A stretch of DNA of 63,005 nt, the filler included, from Actinomycetota bacterium (GTDB taxonomy: Bacteria > Actinomycetota > CADDZG01 > JAHWKV01 > JAOPZY01), in the NCBI GenBank assembly GCA_025963875.1. It is 6 parts of 6 records of this genome, joined end to end, with 100 filler letters (N's around TTAATTAATTAA, not from the genome) between each part and the next. Parts side by side here need not be neighbours in the genome. Positions count along the whole stretch, not along the records: positions 26,000 to 44,995 come from JAOPZY010000144.1; positions 45,096 to 50,752 come from JAOPZY010000145.1; 4 more parts are not named here. The stretch is one strand, 5' to 3'. Shown in pieces: positions 35,876 to 45,562 of the stretch. The notes under the pieces are model-generated. The model saw only the letters and a list, made by a program, of their open reading frames with translations, did no database searches and was not told where the DNA came from. The first letter of the stretch is position 1. Every line of letters begins with the position of its first letter. The translations under genes were made by a program, and so were the position numbers.

Positions 35876-37230
35876 ATGCCACCCCCGGTAGCCACCAGAG
35901 CGATCGCTGCCGCTGCCATCACGCCCACGGTGAGCCATCCGAGCGTCCGGGCCAGACGGCCGTTGCGATGCTCGCCCATGATCCCCGGATCCTTCGAGAT
36001 GAGCATCACCACCACAAGGAACGGCGCAGCCGCCAGGCCGTTGACGACCGCGACCACAACGAGCAGTTTCATGGTGTTGATGCCCAGCAGCGTGAGGGCG
36101 GTGCCCCCCACCGTCCCCGCGAACACGAGGCCGTAGAACACCGGCGCATCCCGGAGGGACCGGGAGAAGCCCCAGCGTTTGCCGAGGAGACCGGAAAGGC
36201 CGGCCGACCCGGAGCCGGCCAGGACCGGAACGGCCAGGAAGCCGGCCCCGATGAATCCTGCGGCGAAGAGCACGCTCGACAACCGGCCGGCAATCGGCCG
36301 CAGGGCCCGGGCCGCCTCGGCGGCCGAGGCGACGTCGTGGTTGCCGTGACGGCCGAGCGTGACGGCCGTCGACACGATGATGGCGAACATGACCACGTTC
36401 GAGAACGTCATGCCCGTGAAGACGTCTCCCCGGCTCGTGCGTACCTTCTTCTTCTCGCCCGCCGTCGAGCGGCTGTCCAGGGTGACGGCATCCTCGCCAC
36501 CCTCGGGTTCGTCCCGGAGCTCCTCGATGCGGTGTGCCGATTGCCAGAAGAACAGGTAGGGGCTGATCGTGGTCCCCAGCACCGCGACCAGCAGCATGAG
36601 GTAGCCGGCCGAGAAGGTGATGTGGGGCACGAAGGTGTGGGACGCCACCGACAGCCAGTCGACCTTCACGACGAAGAGCACGCCGAGGTAGGCGAGCAGC
36701 GCCACGCAGAGCACCTTGAACACCCGGGCGATGGTCTCGAAGGACCCCGTCATCACCAGGACCGTGGTCCCGGCTCCCGCCAGGAGTGCCCACAGCCAGG
36801 GAGAGCCGGCGTGCAGCAGGTGCACGCCCTCCCCGATGGCGGCGAGGTCGGCGGCGATGTTGAGGGCGTTGGCGCCGATGAGCGCCACCAGCAGCACGGC
36901 GATCACGACACGGCCCCGTTTGGCGAAGCGCTCGGCAGCCAGCTCACCCAGACTCTTCGCGGTGGCGAGAGCGGTACGGTCACAGATTTCCTGGACCGCT
37001 GCCATGAGCGGCAGCGTCACCAGCGCCGCCCAGAGGAGCCCAAAACCGAACTTGGCGCCGGCCTGGGAGTAGGTAGCGATCCCTGACGGATCGTCGTCGG
37101 ACGCGCCCGTCACGAGGCCCGGACCGAGGGCCTTGGGGTACTGCCGCCACAACGGGCCGCTCGCCGCGCGGGTGGTGTCGACTCGGGAACGGCGAGGCCG
37201 TGCAGGCTTGCGCAGCGATGCTACGGACAC
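35872..37230 (-). CDS. Nramp family divalent metal transporter
   Basis: LGPGLVTGASDDDPSGIATYSQAGA, GTTISPYLFFWQ, many TM helices. Confidence 0.93.
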   Translation of the reverse strand: MSVASLRKPARPRRSRVDTTRAASGPLWRQYPKALGPGLVTGASDDDPSGIATYSQAGAKFGFGLLWAALVTLPLMAAVQEICDRTALATAKSLGELAAERFAKRGRVVIAVLLVALIGANALNIAADLAAIGEGVHLLHAGSPWLWALLAGAGTTVLVMTGSFETIARVFKVLCVALLAYLGVLFVVKVDWLSVASHTFVPHITFSAGYLMLLVAVLGTTISPYLFFWQSAHRIEELRDEPEGGEDAVTLDSRSTAGEKKKVRTSRGDVFTGMTFSNVVMFAIIVSTAVTLGRHGNHDVASAAEAARALRPIAGRLSSVLFAAGFIGAGFLAVPVLAGSGSAGLSGLLGKRWGFSRSLRDAPVFYGLVFAGTVGGTALTLLGINTMKLLVVVAVVNGLAAAPFLVVVMLISKDPGIMGEHRNGRLARTLGWLTVGVMAAAAIALVATGGGM

Positions 37231-37399
37231 AATCAAACCCCCCTCTTCGCCCAGCGGGGTTTTCCCACCCCCGGACGATGGCAAACCGGCGCCGAGACTG
37301 GCGGCCTGAAATGCCAAGTTCGTCGCGAGCAGGGGGCGGCACAATGTACGGGTCCGCACGACGAAGTGTCCAGATCGCTGTTGAACGCGCAGGGGGCCC

Positions 37400-38029
37400 C
37401 TAGGAGGACGTCGCGGGCAGACCCAGGTACGGGGCGGGGTCCACGGCCACGTCATTGAGGCGGACCTCGAAGTGCAGGTGCGGGCCGGTGGCGTCTCCCG
37501 TCGCCCCCACGGCCCCGATGACCTCTCCGGCCGCCACGGGCTGACCCGCGGTGACCAGCATGGCGCTCTGGTGGGCGTAGCGGGTCGACAGGCCGCCGGC
37601 GTGCTTGATGATGACGATGTTGCCGTAGCCGGACATCTGGCCGGCGAAGCTGACCGTCCCCGAGGCGGCGGCCCGGATCGGTGTGCCCTGGGCTGCGCCG
37701 AGGTCGATGCCTTCGTGGAACTCCTGGACGCCGTTGACGGGGCTGCCGCGGCTGCCGAACGGCGACGTCACAGGGCCGGCCACCGGCAGCGTCAGCGCCC
37801 CGGACCCGGCGGGGGTCTGGCCGGGGGCGAGCGAACCGGCCAGCCCGGCGATCGCACCGGCGGCGGCGGAACCGACCGGCGCGGTCGCAGGGGCGGCTGT
37901 GGTTGCACCTGGGGTGTCACCAAGGGCCCGTGCCAGGGCCGCCTCGAACCCTGTGCCGGCCGGGGAGCGGATCCCGACGGTCGCGCAGAGCGAGTCGATG
38001 CGGTTGATGGAATCGATGATGCCGGCCAT
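37400..38029 (-). CDS. M23 family metallopeptidase
   Basis: TSPFG.R, HEGIDL, YAH, GATGDATGPHLHFEVR. Confidence 0.93.
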   Translation of the reverse strand: MAGIIDSINRIDSLCATVGIRSPAGTGFEAALARALGDTPGATTAAPATAPVGSAAAGAIAGLAGSLAPGQTPAGSGALTLPVAGPVTSPFGSRGSPVNGVQEFHEGIDLGAAQGTPIRAAASGTVSFAGQMSGYGNIVIIKHAGGLSTRYAHQSAMLVTAGQPVAAGEVIGAVGATGDATGPHLHFEVRLNDVAVDPAPYLGLPATSS

Positions 38030-38083
38030 AGTGCCTCCACAACGTCCTGTCGGTCCGCGGCCCCCACAATGAAGGGGATGTGA

Positions 38084-38776
38084 CTACTTCTCCGACGGGG
38101 GGAGCCAGCGGTAGCCGAGACCGGTTTCGGTCATGATCCACCTCGGATGGTCGGAATCGTCGCCTAGCTTGCGGCGAAGCTGGCGCATATAGACCCGAAG
38201 GTACGTAGACTCTGTTGCGTAGCCCACGCCCCAGACTTTTTGGAGCAACCACTGGTGCGTAAGGAGCTTGCCGGGGTTGCGCGCCATGGCTTCGAGCAGG
38301 TCGTATTCCTTGGGCGTGAACTTCAGCAATTCGCCGTTCAAGTGGACGAGGTGCCGGGCGCTGTCGATCTCGAGGTCCCCGAACTGCAGGGTCGGGTCGT
38401 GTTCCTCCTTGGCGGTCCGGCGGAGCAGCGCCCGCATCCTGGCGACCAGCTCCTCTTCCGCGAACGGTTTCGTCAGGTAGTCGTCCGCGCCGGCGTCCAG
38501 CGCCGCCACCTTGTCCTCGACCGTATCGCGGCTGGTCAGGACGATAATCGGCACTGACGACCAGGTCCGGATCCGGCGGATGAGGGTCAGCCCGTCGATG
38601 CCGGGCAGGCCGAGGTCGACCAGTGCGATGTCCACGGCGTTCCCGCCGAGCGTCTCCAGGGCCACCTCACCGCTCTCGGCCGCCCGCACCCGGCTTCCCT
38701 GGGCTTCGAGGACGCCCACGACGTAGCGCCGGATCGCTGGCTCGTCCTCGACGACCAGGACGGTTCCAAAGTTCAT
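38084..38776 (-). CDS. OmpR-family response regulator (KdpE-like)
   Basis: VVEDE, DLGLPGIDG, GADDYLTKPF, LRVYMRQLRRKL..D...PRWI.TE.G.GYR. Confidence 0.93.
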   Translation of the reverse strand: MNFGTVLVVEDEPAIRRYVVGVLEAQGSRVRAAESGEVALETLGGNAVDIALVDLGLPGIDGLTLIRRIRTWSSVPIIVLTSRDTVEDKVAALDAGADDYLTKPFAEEELVARMRALLRRTAKEEHDPTLQFGDLEIDSARHLVHLNGELLKFTPKEYDLLEAMARNPGKLLTHQWLLQKVWGVGYATESTYLRVYMRQLRRKLGDDSDHPRWIMTETGLGYRWLPPSEK

Positions 38777-38929
38777 CCGTACGCTCGAACGGCGTGCCCT
38801 TGGGGACTTGGAAATGCAATTTTCACGGCGTCTTTACGCCTCTCGGTGATCTTTTTACCAGCTACTTACGTCGTGCTGACGACCTTATCAGAGAGCGGAA
38901 AACCCCCCCCGGAACTATCGGAGGTCAGC

Positions 38930-39766
38930 ATGGCGGTCCTTGCAGGAGAGCGGGAAGGCTTGATCCTCGATCACATCGACCTCGTCCAGCACGCGGTCAA
39001 CCAGGTTTCGTCGCGCTATCCCTCCCATGTCGACCGGGGCGAGCTGTGGAACGCCGGCGCCCTCGGCCTGGTCGAGGCGGCAGCGCGCTTCCGCGAGGAG
39101 GCGGGCGTCCCCTTCGGTCGCTACGCCTCGACACGGATCAAGGGAGCCATCATCGACTCGACCCGGCAGCGGGACTGGGCCGGCAGGGCCATCCGCCGCA
39201 ACACCCGGGACATCCGGCGTGCCGAGGAGGCACTCACCGACGAGCGGGGTTGCCTGCCCTCCGACCCGACGCTGGCCGCAGCACTCGGCATCACCGAGGA
39301 GCAGCTCCGCACCCGCCGCAACGCTGCGGCGGCTGCGTCCCTGCTCCACCTCGACTACCAGGTCGACGACGAGGATCCCCTCGCGGTGGTCGTGGCCGAG
39401 AATCACCCCGACTGCCTTCCGGAGGACTCGCTGCTGAGCCGCGAGCTGTCCGGCACGCTCCACGTGGCCGTGGCCGGCCTGCCCGACCCTCAGCGAGAGG
39501 TCGTCGAGCGCTACTTCTTCGGTGCGGAGCTCCTGCAGGACATCGCCGCATCCCTCGGCGTCACCGAGGCCCGGACGTCGCAGATCTGTGCCGAGGCGCT
39601 GAACGCGCTGCGCTCGTACTTCGGCGCCGTGTACGACGGCGTACCGCAGGTCCCGGCCGACGCGCCCGGCAAGCGAAGCCGAGCCGCCTACGTCGCTACC
39701 CTGACGACCGACGCCACCTGGCGCACCCGCATCGGGGCCGCCGCCGCCTTCCAGCAGGCGGTCTGA
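38930..39766 (+). CDS. fliA: FliA/WhiG family (sigma-28) RNA polymerase sigma factor
   Basis: GALGLVEAA.RF....GVPF..YA..RIKGAIID..R..DW, LGVTEARTSQI; GGAGG RBS before ATG 38930. Confidence 0.88.
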   Translation: MAVLAGEREGLILDHIDLVQHAVNQVSSRYPSHVDRGELWNAGALGLVEAAARFREEAGVPFGRYASTRIKGAIIDSTRQRDWAGRAIRRNTRDIRRAEEALTDERGCLPSDPTLAAALGITEEQLRTRRNAAAAASLLHLDYQVDDEDPLAVVVAENHPDCLPEDSLLSRELSGTLHVAVAGLPDPQREVVERYFFGAELLQDIAASLGVTEARTSQICAEALNALRSYFGAVYDGVPQVPADAPGKRSRAAYVATLTTDATWRTRIGAAAAFQQAV

Positions 39767-39836
39767 CCGCACCTCCCGGCAGGAAATGTTGCGGGCATCA
39801 CCTGCAGCTTCCGCCAAAACGCCCGATACTACCAAC

Positions 39837-40202
39837 ATGGTGCACGGCGCAGAGCCTCCCGTCACGCTCGACCTCGAGCGACTCGATCGGATACGCAAGC
39901 TCCTCGGCAGGCGCCCGCGGTCCTTCGACGAGTTGCTCGGGCTGTTCATCTCCGAAGCCTACGAGCGCGTCCGCCAGGTCGGGGAGGCGCTGGGAAAAGG
40001 TGACCCGGACGCCGCCGCGACGTTGGCCCACGGCCTGCGCGGCAGCAGCTCGGCATTCGGGGCGGTTCGCCTGGCAGGGCTCTGCCAGGAGTTCGAGCAG
40101 GTTGGACAGGCCAGGGGGCTGGCGGGCGTCCGGGAGGCCTTCCCGGCCCTCGAGGCCGAGTTGGCCGCCGTGTCCTGCGAGCTGAAGTCGACGTTGGGCT
40201 GA
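39837..40202 (+). CDS. Stand-alone Hpt domain protein
   Basis: LAHGLRGSSSAFGA.RLA.LC..FE phosphotransfer motif. Confidence 0.88.
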   Translation: MVHGAEPPVTLDLERLDRIRKLLGRRPRSFDELLGLFISEAYERVRQVGEALGKGDPDAAATLAHGLRGSSSAFGAVRLAGLCQEFEQVGQARGLAGVREAFPALEAELAAVSCELKSTLG

Positions 40203-40211
40203 GCACGGCCC

Positions 40212-41039
40212 TCAGGACCGCCCGAGGTGCTCGGCGAAGAAGCCGAGCAGGCGGGCCCAGGCGTCCCTCGCTGCGTCCACCCGGTACGAGGGGCGGGTGT
40301 CGTTGAAGAACGCGTGCGGCGCCCGCGGATAGATGTGGTATTCGAAGGAGGCGCCCATCTCCTCAATCGTCTTCGCCATGGTGGGGACGGCATCGCTGAT
40401 GCGGTGGTCGTCACCCCCGTAGAAGCCCAGCAGGGGGCAGGACAGCCCCTGGAGGTCCTCCTCCGACGGCGGCATGCCGTAGAAGATCGCGGCGGCCCCG
40501 AGATTGGGTTCGGAGCAGGCGAGCCGGCCGGACAGCGACCCCCCCAGGCAGAAGCCGACGCAGCCGACCGGCTTGCCGGCGGCGTGGGGATCGGCCCGCA
40601 GGTGACCCACGGCCGCCCGCAGCACGTGGAGGTGGTCGCCGCTTGTCAGCGCTGCCGACATCGCCGTCATCGACTCGGCCACCTCTCCCCGCTCGGGTTC
40701 CGGCAGGAGGTCGAGCGCCTCCTGCCGCGAGCGGGTGTCGGTCCAGGCACTCGGCGGCATGGTGTTCATGAACCGCTTCAGCGCCTCCATCCGTTCGGCT
40801 CGAAGCGGCTCGGGCCGCTCGCCACCGGCGGCGTACAGGTCGGGTGCCAGGGTCAGGTAGCCGGCGGTCGCCAGTCGTGCCGCCACGTCGATGATGTGGT
40901 CGTCCACCCCCCAGGCCTCCTGGATCACGATCACCGCGGGAAGCGGATCCGGAGCCGCTGCCGGCCTCGCCCGGTAAGCCGGGACGGGTCCCGCTTCCCA
41001 CTCGTAGGTCGTCCAGCCCGCAGCAAGGTCCATATCCAT
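40212..41039 (-). CDS. Dienelactone hydrolase family protein
   Basis: IQEAWGV, APDLY, GFCLGG, YG..D, HAFFND. Confidence 0.93.
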   Translation of the reverse strand: MDMDLAAGWTTYEWEAGPVPAYRARPAAAPDPLPAVIVIQEAWGVDDHIIDVAARLATAGYLTLAPDLYAAGGERPEPLRAERMEALKRFMNTMPPSAWTDTRSRQEALDLLPEPERGEVAESMTAMSAALTSGDHLHVLRAAVGHLRADPHAAGKPVGCVGFCLGGSLSGRLACSEPNLGAAAIFYGMPPSEEDLQGLSCPLLGFYGGDDHRISDAVPTMAKTIEEMGASFEYHIYPRAPHAFFNDTRPSYRVDAARDAWARLLGFFAEHLGRS

Positions 41040-41177
41040 CCTCCTTGGTAGTTTGTCCCACGATCGAACGATGACGCCGAGGCATACTTTTCTACAGATC
41101 AAGCTCTTCCACAGATCAAGGCCGAAGGGGAAGCCGCTATCGAGGGACCACGAGGAGCCGGCCGCCGCGGGTTCGCC

Positions 41178-42011
41178 ATGCCGGCGACACCCGACCTGGA
41201 GCTCGCCGCCACCGTCGCGGCGAGCGCGGAGGAGCTGGGGTATTCCTCTGTCTGGACCAACGATGCCCCACCCGGGGACGGGCTCGAGATGGCCGGCGCC
41301 ATGCTCGCCGCCACGAGGGCGATCCGCGTGGGCATCGGGGCCGCGCCCTGCGACCGCCGGCCGCCGGCCGCCGTCGCCAACCAACTCCTGGCGGCATCCC
41401 TGCCGCTCGAGCGCCTGGTGCTCGTCGTGGGATCGGGCGCCTCGCGCTCCATCGAAGTCGTCCGCAGGGCGGTGAACGACCTCCGGGACCGGCTCGGCGC
41501 CGAGATCTCCATCGGCGTCGCCGCCATGGGGCCGCGCATGTGCCGCCTTGGCGGCGAGATCGCCGACCTGGTCCAGCTCAACTGGATGACGCCCGAGCGC
41601 ATCGTGTGGGCACGCCAGCAGGTGCGTGAGGGTGCCGCCGGCCGCGCCGCCGGCCTGCGTGCCTCGGAGCCGGAGCTGGCCTGCTATATCCGGGTCTCGC
41701 TCGGCCACGGGGCGGCGATGCGGGTGGGAGCCGAGGCTGCCCGCTACGGGGCCATGCCCGCCTACGCCCAGAATTTCGCTGCCATGGGGGTCGCCTCGCC
41801 GGGCATCGCGGTATCCGACCCGCTCCTTGCCCTCGCGATGCTGGAGCCCTACGAGGAGGTCCTGGACGAGGCCATCGTGCGGCCCATCGTCAAGGTCCCC
41901 GCCTCGCCGCGCCCCGAGCTCGACGAGGTCCTCGAGACCCTGGGTGTCATCATGGAGATCGCCGGGGTCTTCGCTCCCAACCCACCCCCCGACAAGCCGA
42001 CCGAGGAGTAG
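41178..42011 (+). CDS. LLM class flavin-dependent oxidoreductase (divergent)
   Basis: AEELGYSSVWTND, VAAMGPRMCRLGGEIAD.V.LNW; start uncertain. Confidence 0.78.
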   Translation: MPATPDLELAATVAASAEELGYSSVWTNDAPPGDGLEMAGAMLAATRAIRVGIGAAPCDRRPPAAVANQLLAASLPLERLVLVVGSGASRSIEVVRRAVNDLRDRLGAEISIGVAAMGPRMCRLGGEIADLVQLNWMTPERIVWARQQVREGAAGRAAGLRASEPELACYIRVSLGHGAAMRVGAEAARYGAMPAYAQNFAAMGVASPGIAVSDPLLALAMLEPYEEVLDEAIVRPIVKVPASPRPELDEVLETLGVIMEIAGVFAPNPPPDKPTEE

Positions 42012-42016
42012 CCGCC

Positions 42017-42265
42017 ATGTGCCGCAGTATCAAGACGCTCCGGGGCACGGGCCCCAGCGAGGAGGAGATCCGCGCGGCGGCACTGCAGTTCGTGCGCAAG
42101 GTGAGTGGCTACCGTGCCCCCTCGAAGGCCAACGCCGCAGCGTTCGAGGCCGCAGTGGAGGAGATCGCCGGGGTCTCGGCCCGCCTGCTCGATGCCCTCC
42201 CCGACACGCCGCCCCCGCCACCGAGGCCCTCGTCCCGGCAGCGGTACGCCGAGCGGGCTTCCTAG
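42017..42265 (+). CDS. DUF2277 domain protein
   Basis: MCRSIKTL...EEIRAAALQFVRKVSG...AF..AV.EI. Confidence 0.9.
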   Translation: MCRSIKTLRGTGPSEEEIRAAALQFVRKVSGYRAPSKANAAAFEAAVEEIAGVSARLLDALPDTPPPPPRPSSRQRYAERAS

Positions 42266-42281
42266 CACCCTCGGGCGCCCG

Positions 42282-43205
42282 GTGGACCGAGCGCCATCCG
42301 GCGAGCAGTACGGTATCGCCCACGGAGACCAGTGGGCCACCATCGTCGAGGTCGGCGGCGGTGTCCGGGAGTACTCGCAGGGCGGCCGGCCGGTCCTGGA
42401 TCCCTACGACGCCACCAGCATGTGCGACGGTGCCCATGGCACCCCGCTCATCCCCTGGCCCAACAGGCTCGCCGATGGCCGCTACCGTTTCGACGGCCGG
42501 GACTACCAGGTGGCCCTGACCGAGCCGGCGAAGCACAACGCCATCCACGGATTCCTGCGGTGGCGTCCGTGGAGGGCGATACGGCATGACCCGGACCGCG
42601 TGGTGATGGCCACGACGCTGTTCCCCCAGACCGGGTATCCGTTCCTGCTGGACGTCGCGGTCGACTACCGCTTGACCGGCGACGGCCTGGTGGTCACCAC
42701 CACGGCCACGAACGCAGGCGACCGGGCCTGCCCGTACGGGTGCGGCCAGCATCCCTACCTCTCGCCCGGCTCGGGTCTCCTGGACGAATGCGACCTCGAG
42801 CTTGCCGCGGGGACCAGGATCGCCACGGACGAGGACCGGCAGTTGCCGGTGGGAACCGAGAGCGTCGCCGGCACGCCGTTCGACTTCCGGGCCCGGCGGC
42901 GGATCGGCTCGTTGCACGTTGACTTCGCCTTCACCGACCTCGCCCGCGACCGGGAGGGTCGTGCCTGGGTCCGCCTGTGGGGAGCAGACGGGCGCTGCGC
43001 CGAGCTGTGGGTGGACGAGGGGTACCCCTTCGTCGAGATCTACACGGGCGACACCCTCGCGCCGGACCGTCGCCGCCGGGGCCTCGGAGCGGAGCCGATG
43101 TCGTGCCCTCCGAACGCCCTTCAGTCCGGCGAGGGAGTCATCCGCCTCGAGCCCGGAGCCTCCGTGGCGGCCCAGTGGGGGGCTCGACTGAGCGGGATTC
43201 AGTAG
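42282..43205 (+). CDS. Aldose 1-epimerase family protein
   Basis: PWPNRL.DG.Y.FDG, NAIHG, YPF, G.HPY, EPM.CP.NA. Confidence 0.92.
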   Translation: MDRAPSGEQYGIAHGDQWATIVEVGGGVREYSQGGRPVLDPYDATSMCDGAHGTPLIPWPNRLADGRYRFDGRDYQVALTEPAKHNAIHGFLRWRPWRAIRHDPDRVVMATTLFPQTGYPFLLDVAVDYRLTGDGLVVTTTATNAGDRACPYGCGQHPYLSPGSGLLDECDLELAAGTRIATDEDRQLPVGTESVAGTPFDFRARRRIGSLHVDFAFTDLARDREGRAWVRLWGADGRCAELWVDEGYPFVEIYTGDTLAPDRRRRGLGAEPMSCPPNALQSGEGVIRLEPGASVAAQWGARLSGIQ

Positions 43206-43633
43206 TAGCCGTACGCTCGCTTGACCTGGAACTCGTAGATCAGCCGCTGCTCCTCGCGCATCGTGGCGAGGAACTCCTCCTTCGAGAGCATGCCGCTGAA
43301 CCAGGCGACCTTCCCCTCGGGCGCCCTGTCCTTCTGCATCGTCCGAAAGAGGCGGAAGCTCAGCTCGGGAACGTCGGGACCCTCGAGGATCGTGACCTCC
43401 GTCTCGAGGCCGAGCCATTTCGAATCGGGCGAGGTGTCGAACACGAAGAGGTTCGAGCGTGGGTCGCGCCGCAGATGCTTCGTCCGCACGCGTGTCTGGG
43501 TCCCCGAGCTCCAGATCTTGCCGTCGACCACCGCGACGCCGACCCGGGCCGAGTGCGGCGTGCCGTCCTCCCGCAACGTGACCATTGCCGCGGAGGAGTG
43601 CTGATCGATGAAGGCAGCGACCCGCTCGTTCAC
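43199..43633 (-). CDS. Pyridoxamine 5'-phosphate oxidase (PPOX/F420-binding) family protein
   Basis: MVTLREDGTPH, R.KHLRRDPR, M..EQR. Confidence 0.85.
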   Translation of the reverse strand: MNERVAAFIDQHSSAAMVTLREDGTPHSARVGVAVVDGKIWSSGTQTRVRTKHLRRDPRSNLFVFDTSPDSKWLGLETEVTILEGPDVPELSFRLFRTMQKDRAPEGKVAWFSGMLSKEEFLATMREEQRLIYEFQVKRAYGYY

Positions 43634-43658
43634 CCGGCCATGCTACTTGGCTCGGGCC

Positions 43659-44921
43659 CTACGGCGAGGTCCAGCTCCCCAACGGCGTGCCGTTCGTCGA
43701 GTTCGAAGTCGGCGCCGGGGTCGGCCGCGGGGAGGGGTTGCCGCCGAAGTATCCGAATAACGCCTGCCACCACTGGAGGTAGGCCGGCATCGAGGGCGAC
43801 GGTGACGCCGACGGCTGGATCCTCACCGGGGCCGCCTGCACCGAAGCCGTGTCCACCGGGACCGCCGCCTCGACTACGGGGGCGGCCGGGGTCAGGGGGG
43901 CGGTCCTGGCGATGGTGGCGGGCTTCACGACCTTCGTCTGGGCGACGCCCGCAACCGGCTGGGCGGCGGCAGCCGCCGGAGGCGCCGCCGGGGGAGGGGC
44001 TGCCTGAGCAGCCGGAGGCGCGCTGTCGGTCGGTGACGGCGAGGTCGCAGGCACTGCCGGGGCCGCTGCCGGCACGTGGCTCGGGAGCTGCGCCGCCCGC
44101 GGCTCGCCGGCCGGGGAGACGGCTCCGCCAAGGTACAGGCCGACCATGGCCGCAACGCCGCAGGTGGCGGCGGTCGAAACGAGCGCGAGCTTTCGGCGCG
44201 ACCGCCGGGCGGATGCCACCCCCACCGCGACGGGCTCGGCCAGGGGAGGAGGCGCCAGCTTGATCTGGTCGTCGCAGAGGTGGGCGATCCGCGGATCGTG
44301 GGTGACGACCATGACAGGGATCGTCTTGCCGATCCGCTTCAGGACGGCGACGGTCTCGTCCCCGAGCTGGGTGTTCAGGTTCGCGGTCGGCTCGTCGGCG
44401 AGGATGAGCTCCACGTTGCGCACCAGGGCCCGGGCGATCGCAACCCGCTGCTTCTGCCCTCCCGACATGTCGGCGATCCTCCGGTCCGCGTAGGCGTCGA
44501 GGTCCATCTGCGAGAGCGCCCTGAGCACCCGGTCGTCGCACTCCTTCTTCGGTACGCCCGCGTCGAGGAGGGCCTGAGAGAGCATCTGCCGCGGCGTCTG
44601 GTTCGGTAGGAGCCCGAGATCCTGCGGGATCAGCCCGATCCGGCGGAGGTGGAACTGCCGGGACCGGTCGCTGCGCAGCTCGGCCCACTCCTTGCCGAGG
44701 ACCTGCAGCGAACCCGTGTATCCCTCACGGAGCGTCCCGGCCAGCAACTCGATCAGCGTGCTCTTGCCCGCCCCGCTCGGTCCCGTGATGGCGACGAGCC
44801 CGGGCCGGCTGATGACCAGCGCCGGCATCCAGAGCGCATCGTGGTTCATGCCGGGGTAGCGGAAGCGCAGGTCGCGAATCCGGATGATCGGTGCTGGGAA
44901 ATGGTCGCTTGACAAGGGCAC
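43659..44921 (-). CDS. ABC ATP-binding protein (LolD/MacB-like) fused to TM helix and Pro/Ala-rich tail
   Basis: GPSGAGKST, SGGQKQRVAIARAL, LADEPTANL, VTHD; then basic patch, hydrophobic segment and low-complexity tail. Confidence 0.85.
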   Translation of the reverse strand: MPLSSDHFPAPIIRIRDLRFRYPGMNHDALWMPALVISRPGLVAITGPSGAGKSTLIELLAGTLREGYTGSLQVLGKEWAELRSDRSRQFHLRRIGLIPQDLGLLPNQTPRQMLSQALLDAGVPKKECDDRVLRALSQMDLDAYADRRIADMSGGQKQRVAIARALVRNVELILADEPTANLNTQLGDETVAVLKRIGKTIPVMVVTHDPRIAHLCDDQIKLAPPPLAEPVAVGVASARRSRRKLALVSTAATCGVAAMVGLYLGGAVSPAGEPRAAQLPSHVPAAAPAVPATSPSPTDSAPPAAQAAPPPAAPPAAAAAQPVAGVAQTKVVKPATIARTAPLTPAAPVVEAAVPVDTASVQAAPVRIQPSASPSPSMPAYLQWWQALFGYFGGNPSPRPTPAPTSNSTNGTPLGSWTSP

Positions 44922-44995
44922 TACTCCTTCCGTAGCAGCGCCGGGCTGGCACCCGCCGAGTGCCAGGCCGGGATGAGCGTCGCGGTCAGTGCGAG
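44921..44995 (-). CDS. FtsX/MacB-like ABC permease, C-terminal end (truncated by contig edge)
   Basis: Hand translation LALTATLIPAWHSAGASPALLRKE*; the TAG overlaps the GTG of the ATPase gene. Confidence 0.7.
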   Translation of the reverse strand, partial: LALTATLIPAWHSAGASPALLRKE

Positions 44996-45095
44996 NNNNN
45001 NNNNNNNNNNNNNNNNNNNNNNNNNNNNNNNNNNNNNNNTTAATTAATTAANNNNNNNNNNNNNNNNNNNNNNNNNNNNNNNNNNNNNNNNNNNN
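44996..45095. other. Artificial contig spacer
   Basis: N-run, TTAATTAATTAA, N-run. Confidence 0.98.
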
Positions 45096-45176
45096 CGAGA
45101 TCAACCCTTGCAGCTGATCGTGGAGCGCCCGCTTGCCTCCGCCACTGGGCAGGTCATGCCAAACCGCAATCTTCAT
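45096..45176 (-). CDS. Probable glycosyltransferase family 4, N-terminal fragment
   Basis: MKIAVWHDLPSGGGKRAL, a typical GT-B start. Confidence 0.65.
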
Positions 45177-45562
45177 ATGCCGTTCAATGCTACAGACCGT
45201 TGGCCAGCGATCGTCGCGATAGAGCGCATCAGCACGATCTGCTCCCAAGGGCCGGTAGAAGGTTAGGGCCCCAGCGCGCGCATGCGCGCGATTCGCTCCC
45301 AAGTTCGGCCCGCCCACCGCGGCCAGGGAGACGGTGGTGCAACGCTACTCGGGACAGCAGTGGGCGCGCCCCGTTTCGTCGAAGTGCTGGGAGGAGGCCA
45401 GGCAGACCGGCCCGATCCGTTAGACGGCCACGTGCGATTGTGGCAGTACCCTGGAAGAAAGTGGCCACGCAAAGCAGGACTCCGAGGCAGTTGGCTGGCG
45501 AAGCCGTCGTCCGGGCCCGGGGAGCGTCCCACCGGTCGAGCCAGGCCCACCGGGGTCGCCGC

